This document shows, piece after piece, positions 16,297 through 24,000 of a DNA stretch of 24,000 nt; position 1 is the first letter of the stretch; each line of letters opens with the position of its first letter. The DNA is from Candidatus Geocrenenecus huangii (lineage in GTDB: Archaea; Thermoproteota; Nitrososphaeria_A; Caldarchaeales; Wolframiiraptoraceae): NCBI GenBank assembly GCA_023254095.1, contig JALNLM010000001.1:112062-136061 (forward strand), read 5' to 3'. Both the position numbers and the translations under genes were made by a program. The notes beneath the pieces were generated by a model. The model was not told the DNA's origin, searched no databases, and worked only from the letters and a program-made list of their open reading frames with translations.

Positions 16297-18543
16297 ATGG
16301 GAGTGAATGATTTTATGCAAGGAGATGTTTTGCTAGTTTCAATTTTATCCATACTTTCAGGTATAGTAGGAGTATTCATAGCAGTCGTCCTGTATGAACT
16401 TATACAAAGATACCCGAGAGGTTCCGAGAAGATGATCGAGATATGGAAAGCAATTAGGGAAGGAGCTAAAGCATACATGTCTAAGCAGATAAAAACAATC
16501 ATGTCTTTCACGCTCGGCCTGTCTATCGCCGTACTAACGATGATATATATCGTCTACAGTTTTGCCATGAACATACCTTCAGAGATAGCTCTTAGAGAGG
16601 CAATATTAACCGCAGTATCAGTTCTAGTAGGTGGAGCATCATCTATAGCTGCAGCATTCTTTAGTATGGATGCATCAACGAGAACAAATGTTAGGGTAAC
16701 GGAGGCAGGGAAGAAGAATAGCCTTGAAGCATTGAAGGTATCTGTACTCGGTGGAGGAGTGCTAGGATTCTCAGTATATAGTCTAAGCCTACTCGGACTC
16801 TCAATACTATTCGTATTGTATAGCTTGATAGGCGGCAGGCTCCCAGAACAGGTTGAGTATAGAATGGCTCTAGACGCATTGGCAGGATTCGCCTTCGGTG
16901 CGAGCCTCTCAGCATTATTTGCGCAGTTAGGTGGAGGAATCTACACAAAGGCTGCAGACATAGGTGCAGACCTCGTTGGAAAGATCGAGGCGGGAATCCC
17001 TGAAGATGATCCTAGAAATCCTGCTGTAATAGCAGACCAAGTAGGAGATAATGTAGGAGATTGTGCGGGTAGAGGTGCAGACATCTTCGAATCTGTTACT
17101 GCTGAAACACTGGGAGGAATGATAATCGGATGGGTTCTCTATGTCTTGACTGGTCAACCATTATTTATGGTTCTTCCACTAGCTATTGGGGCTGTTGGAG
17201 TAATCTCGACGGTAGCGGGTCTAGTTGGAATACTATCTTATCGTCGATTCAGAGAAGCTTTCGAGCCCTTTGCATTCGGTGTAGTGGTATCAGCAGTAGT
17301 TTCAGTATTGACTTATGCTCTCGTAGTCTACTTACTCTTCCCTCTACAGTGGACTTATATGCTCGTAGCCGGAACAGCTGGAATAGTAGGAGCAACACTC
17401 GTAGTACTTTCAACTAACAGGTATACTGGAATGAAGTCGAAACTAGTTCAAGAAGTTGCTCAAGCAGCTCAAAGTGGTCCTGCAATAAATATTTTATCAG
17501 GTCTTTCAGTAGGTCTAAGAGCCGTCGCAGAACCTATAACGATAATTGCGGCAGCCCTAGGAGTAGCTTTCTATGCTGGGAAGAGCATGCCTCTACCAAG
17601 TGTACCTGAAAGTTGGCTGATAGATTTTATCAAAGGAGTCTTCGGGACAGCCTTAGCTACTAGAGGAATGCTATCTCTAGCTGGAACAATCATGACTCTG
17701 GATGGTGCAGGTCCGATCGCTGACAATGCTGGGGGCATCGCGGAGATGGCAGGACTCGAAGAGAGGGTTAGAGCTAACTTGGATCCATTGGATGCTGTTG
17801 GAAACACTACTAAAGCTTTAACAAAAGGTTACGCTATGGCCTCTGCAACCATCGCCACGCTCCTGCTCTTCCAAGCATTCATTCAAGACTATGTTGCCCG
17901 GCAGGTTGGGATACTTGAATTGAGTGCTTCAACTCTTCTAAAGACTATGCAGGAATTCATAGATTACGTGATCTTATTGAAGCCGGATATAATTATATCT
18001 GTCCTTATAGGCGCTCTGCTTCCATACTTGTTTTCAGGCATAGCATTAAAAGCAGTATCTAGGGCAGCATTTCAGATGGTAGAAGAAGTTAGGAGACAGT
18101 TTAGAGAGATACCTGGCCTCCTAAATGGAGACGCTAAACCTGATTACTATCGAGCCGTCTCGATAAGCACTGAGTATGCTTTAAAGAGTATGGCCACTCC
18201 CGCATTGTTAATAATTATAACACCCTTGATCGTGGGTGTCCTGTTCGGTGGCCCAGGAATAGGAGCTCTAGTCATAGGTTCAACAGCCTCCACAATACCT
18301 TTAGCTATAATGATGATGTGGGGTGGAGCTACATGGGATAATGCAAAGAAATTTATCGAGGCAGGGAATTTCGGAGGAAAACGTTCGCCCGCACATCAAG
18401 CAGCAGTAGTAGGCGATACCGTCGGTGATCCGTTGAAAGATACCGTTGGACCCTCGTTACACATACTTATCAAGCTGCTTAATACGATCTCGCTAGTATT
18501 CATTCCACTTTACTTCCTATGGATACTACACGCCGTTATATGA
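16297..18543 (+). CDS. hppA: Membrane-bound proton-translocating pyrophosphatase, predicted K+-independent
   Basis: DIGADLVGKIEAGIPEDDPRNPAVIADQVGDNVGDCAGRGADIFES; multiple hydrophobic segments; GPIADNAGGIAEM; GNTTKALTKGYAMASA; C-terminal GDTVGDPLKDTVGPSLHILIKL. Confidence 0.97.
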   Translation: MGVNDFMQGDVLLVSILSILSGIVGVFIAVVLYELIQRYPRGSEKMIEIWKAIREGAKAYMSKQIKTIMSFTLGLSIAVLTMIYIVYSFAMNIPSEIALREAILTAVSVLVGGASSIAAAFFSMDASTRTNVRVTEAGKKNSLEALKVSVLGGGVLGFSVYSLSLLGLSILFVLYSLIGGRLPEQVEYRMALDALAGFAFGASLSALFAQLGGGIYTKAADIGADLVGKIEAGIPEDDPRNPAVIADQVGDNVGDCAGRGADIFESVTAETLGGMIIGWVLYVLTGQPLFMVLPLAIGAVGVISTVAGLVGILSYRRFREAFEPFAFGVVVSAVVSVLTYALVVYLLFPLQWTYMLVAGTAGIVGATLVVLSTNRYTGMKSKLVQEVAQAAQSGPAINILSGLSVGLRAVAEPITIIAAALGVAFYAGKSMPLPSVPESWLIDFIKGVFGTALATRGMLSLAGTIMTLDGAGPIADNAGGIAEMAGLEERVRANLDPLDAVGNTTKALTKGYAMASATIATLLLFQAFIQDYVARQVGILELSASTLLKTMQEFIDYVILLKPDIIISVLIGALLPYLFSGIALKAVSRAAFQMVEEVRRQFREIPGLLNGDAKPDYYRAVSISTEYALKSMATPALLIIITPLIVGVLFGGPGIGALVIGSTASTIPLAIMMMWGGATWDNAKKFIEAGNFGGKRSPAHQAAVVGDTVGDPLKDTVGPSLHILIKLLNTISLVFIPLYFLWILHAVI

Positions 18544-18623
18544 TGCAGACCTAGATTTCTGTATTTTTCCTCTACATATTCTTTAGGAAATACTCTTATA
18601 CCGCTAGAGAAAAATTATTAGTA

Positions 18624-19148
18624 ATGAGTTTTCTCGAAGAAATTCGAGAAGAACCTTTACATATATTCTCTAAACTCGAAGCAGAAGTTCTAGAATATCT
18701 CGAGAGACATCCATGGGGGGGTACAATACATCAGATAGCTAGAGATGTTAAGTGTTCTTTCAAGTCTCTTTATAGTGTGTTGGGGATGCTTGAGAAAAAT
18801 GGATGGATAATGACGGTAAAGGAAAGAAATGGTGGTATCGGGAGACCGAGGAATAGATATATTCTGAGGCAAAGTCTAAGTACTATAATCAGGAAGCTAC
18901 ATGATTGTGGATGCAGGTTTGATGATAGAACAAAGTTTCTAAATCTATCCGAGGTCTCCTATCCTTATTCTCTTACTATATTCAAAAGAGCATTAGCCAA
19001 GGTGAATTATGGAGAATGCCTTGTAATACTTCTGGGAGACACAGCCAACTTAAGAGAGTTTGAAGAGTTAGCATCAAAAAAAGACATAAGGGTCGTAGAC
19101 ATTCTAACAAACAGTCATAACATAAGAGTGATCTTTAAGAAAGGCTAG
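18624..19148 (+). CDS. TrmB/winged-helix transcriptional regulator with TusA-like C-terminal domain
   Basis: N-term: LEAEVLEYLERHPWGGTIHQIARDVKCSFKSLYSVLGMLEKNGWIMTVKERNGGIGRPRNRYIL (wHTH). C-term: VSYPYSLTIFKRALAKVNYGECLVILLGDTANLREFEELASKKDIRVVDILTNSHNIRVIFKKG follows the TusA/SirA pattern. Confidence 0.7.
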   Translation: MSFLEEIREEPLHIFSKLEAEVLEYLERHPWGGTIHQIARDVKCSFKSLYSVLGMLEKNGWIMTVKERNGGIGRPRNRYILRQSLSTIIRKLHDCGCRFDDRTKFLNLSEVSYPYSLTIFKRALAKVNYGECLVILLGDTANLREFEELASKKDIRVVDILTNSHNIRVIFKKG

Positions 19149-19370
19149 GACGGAGAACATAAAGGTCTTCTTCCTTATCTTGTCCCTCCGTTTTAAGCAA
19201 GGAAAAAATCTTAAATTTAAGCTGATAGTGTTTCAAAGCATTAAAAATGCGTAGATAGCCAAATGTTAAGCTAAAGAAGATAATATTTAGCAATTCTCGC
19301 GTAAAAATCGTTACTGAAAAACTTGAGAAGACTAATATATCAGAAGTAATAAGCAGGGCGTGAGAAGAAC

Positions 19371-20333
19371 ATGCCTGACTTTCCTAATAAGGACCTGTTA
19401 AAGAATCTTTCAAATGAGATTACTAAGCTTGTCGAGAATGTGTCGGAGAGTGTTGCAAGCGTTATAACTACTTCCTTGACAATGGATGCTTTCCTCAGAG
19501 TTGTACCAATTAGAGGTGTTGGCTCAGCTTTCGTTATCTCTGAAGATGGATACCTCGTAACCAATAGTCATGTTATAGCGAGAGCGGAATCTATAACACT
19601 CTTGATAAAGGATGAGACACTGCAAGCAAGGATAGTATCGTTAGACCCATCGAGAGACATCGCTTTGCTGAAAGCTCAAACTAGTAGGCTCAAACCAATC
19701 AAGCTAGGAGATTCAGATAAGGTTAGTATAGGAGAGATAGTATTAGCGATAGGTAGTCCTCTAGGCCTACCAGGTCCCAACGTGAGCTTAGGAGTTGTGA
19801 GTGCGAAAGGTAGAGTGATAGAAGGAGAAGACTTTATACTAGAAGACCTCATACAGACAGATGCTGCGATAAATCCTGGGAATAGTGGTGGCCCCCTCAT
19901 AAACATGGAGGGAGAAGTAGTAGGAGTTACCACTGCAATGATACCATTTGCACAAGGTGTTGGATTCGCTATACCAATAAATACAGTTAAACGTTTTATG
20001 GACATGATAGCTAGATACGGTAGACCTATCAGAGCTTACATAGGCGTAATCACCACACCACTGAGCGACCAGATAGCGACATACTATGGACTCCCAGTTC
20101 GTGAAGGACTTATTGTATTAAGAGTCTTAAGAGGAAGTCCATCACATATTTATGGAATCCAAGAAGGAGATATCATAACACATGCAGGATCACATAAATT
20201 AAAGAATGTCAGCGACCTAAGAAGAATAATAGAAGAATCACTGGAAACCGGTAGAGTGAACTTAACAATAATAAGAGGCCATAAGAAGATTGAATTAGTG
20301 ATACCGATTGTTATTGAAGAAGTAGGATACTAG
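19371..20333 (+). CDS. HtrA/DegP-like serine protease with C-terminal PDZ domain
   Basis: Catalytic triad contexts YLVTNSHVIA, DPSRDIALLKA, INPGNSGGPLINMEGEVVGV; PDZ-like GLIVLRVLRGSPSHIYGIQEGDIITHAG. Confidence 0.93.
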   Translation: MPDFPNKDLLKNLSNEITKLVENVSESVASVITTSLTMDAFLRVVPIRGVGSAFVISEDGYLVTNSHVIARAESITLLIKDETLQARIVSLDPSRDIALLKAQTSRLKPIKLGDSDKVSIGEIVLAIGSPLGLPGPNVSLGVVSAKGRVIEGEDFILEDLIQTDAAINPGNSGGPLINMEGEVVGVTTAMIPFAQGVGFAIPINTVKRFMDMIARYGRPIRAYIGVITTPLSDQIATYYGLPVREGLIVLRVLRGSPSHIYGIQEGDIITHAGSHKLKNVSDLRRIIEESLETGRVNLTIIRGHKKIELVIPIVIEEVGY

Positions 20334-20336
20334 TTC

Positions 20337-20654
20337 CTATAAGGTCTCAGAGCTAAAGTGTGTACCCTTCATCGCTTTAACCGGACAAATTGCTTCATAT
20401 GCCATACAGGATATACAGTCTTTCTCTCTGATAATATCAGATTTACCCACTCTGTATTTCTCAAAAAGTTCTCGGAAGAACGCGCACAGATCATTTCCAT
20501 TACCTTTCCTGCCTGGATTTAAAGCCTATTCAAATACATATACTGAACATACGCTCATGCATGCTCCATTCACTATACAGTAATCCCAATCGACCGCAAA
20601 CTACGTTTCATGTATCCTAAGCTTTGTAGGATAAGATTTACCTTCAGAATCCAT
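20337..20654 (-). pseudogene. Degenerate dicluster (zinc-containing-type) ferredoxin, two in-frame TAG codons
   Basis: Reverse strand from ATG 20654: MDSEGKSYPTKLRIHET*FAVDWDYCIVNGACMSVCSVYVFE*ALNPGRKGNGNDLCAFFRELFEKYRVGKSDIIREKDCISCMAYEAICPVKAMKGTHFSSETL*. Matches the usual VDWDxCIxDGxCxxxCPVxVFEW...DCIxCMACxxxCPVxAI pattern, with conserved positions lost. Confidence 0.72.
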
Positions 20655-20808
20655 ACTCTACATGCTTTCAGCTCCGACAGCATGCTCATTATAAGTGAAA
20701 AACTGTGTTTCATCCGACCTTAGCCATGAAAGAGGTTTTTCGATTCTATGAGTAAGTTATGATTTTTCAAGATAAAAGGATTTAAAGGAGTAGGATGAGA
20801 TATCATGC

Positions 20809-21129
20809 ATGAATGCTCAGCATTCGAGTGGAAGAGTGAGCTGCTCTGAATGTGTTAATTTCACAATTCATCCTGATTATCCTTACTTAGTAATATGTCT
20901 GGAAAAACAACAATTGGCCCCTCTTCCTAAAGAAGTCTGTAAGGACTATGTAGAGAAGACCTGGGAGAAATTAATCGAAATGTTATCTGAGAGAGGATTC
21001 CTCTATTGTAGTGAATGTAAGAAACCGATATATAGTTTGGACGAGTTAAATAACCATAAGAAAGAGTTTATCTCTTTAGAATTCTTCCCGGACGAGGTTG
21101 CAAGTGAGGAATCCCCCGCAGCAGACTGA
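20809..21129 (+). CDS. Small Cys-rich (possible metal-binding) protein of unknown function
   Basis: 106-aa ORF with VSCSECVNFTIHPDYPYLVICLEKQQLAPLPKEVCKDYVEKTW and YCSECKKPIY; TTTAAAGGAG upstream; starts 22 nt before the oxidoreductase ORF region. Confidence 0.5.
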   Translation: MNAQHSSGRVSCSECVNFTIHPDYPYLVICLEKQQLAPLPKEVCKDYVEKTWEKLIEMLSERGFLYCSECKKPIYSLDELNNHKKEFISLEFFPDEVASEESPAAD

Positions 21130-21151
21130 GTAATTAGAGAAAGTTATTAAC

Positions 21152-24000
<2,849 letters not shown>

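Noticed and set aside
16272-17807. Several antisense ORFs within hppA (e.g. 16691..16948 -, 17571..17807 -)
   Set aside because: Fully inside the well-supported pyrophosphatase gene, translations non-descript.

Overview
Archaeal chromosomal window of mostly housekeeping and metabolic genes. The taxon is not determinable from sequence alone; the style is Thermoproteota-like. In order: ATP-dependent DNA ligase (-, partial), aconitase (+), beta-RFAP synthase (-), MptA and MptE (+; tetrahydromethanopterin pathway), MTA phosphorylase (+), PheS (+), then a minus-strand cluster (XTP/dITP diphosphatase, Bud32 kinase, small zinc-ribbon protein, an untracked 44-aa membrane micro-ORF, LSm-like protein). 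Next come a decayed LAGLIDADG endonuclease (+), tRNA-Cys(GCA) (-), a nitroreductase, a polyprenyl diphosphate synthase, DUF763 (-), a membrane H+-pyrophosphatase, an HTH protein with a TusA-like tail, an HtrA-like protease, a previously untracked ferredoxin pseudogene (-), a small Cys-rich protein, and 2-oxoacid:ferredoxin oxidoreductase alpha and beta (beta partial). I see no CRISPR array, transposon or defence island. The most interesting observations are two otherwise intact frames interrupted by in-frame TAG codons (ferredoxin and LAGLIDADG), mptA and mptE sharing one frame split by a single TAG, a pheS that appears to lack any canonical start codon at its natural N-terminus, the HTH/TusA-like fusion, and the unannotated small membrane ORF. 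Three entries in the supplied ORF track (9765..10355, 10352..11251, 15053..16159) are labelled + but their peptides are encoded on the minus strand; I report them as minus.
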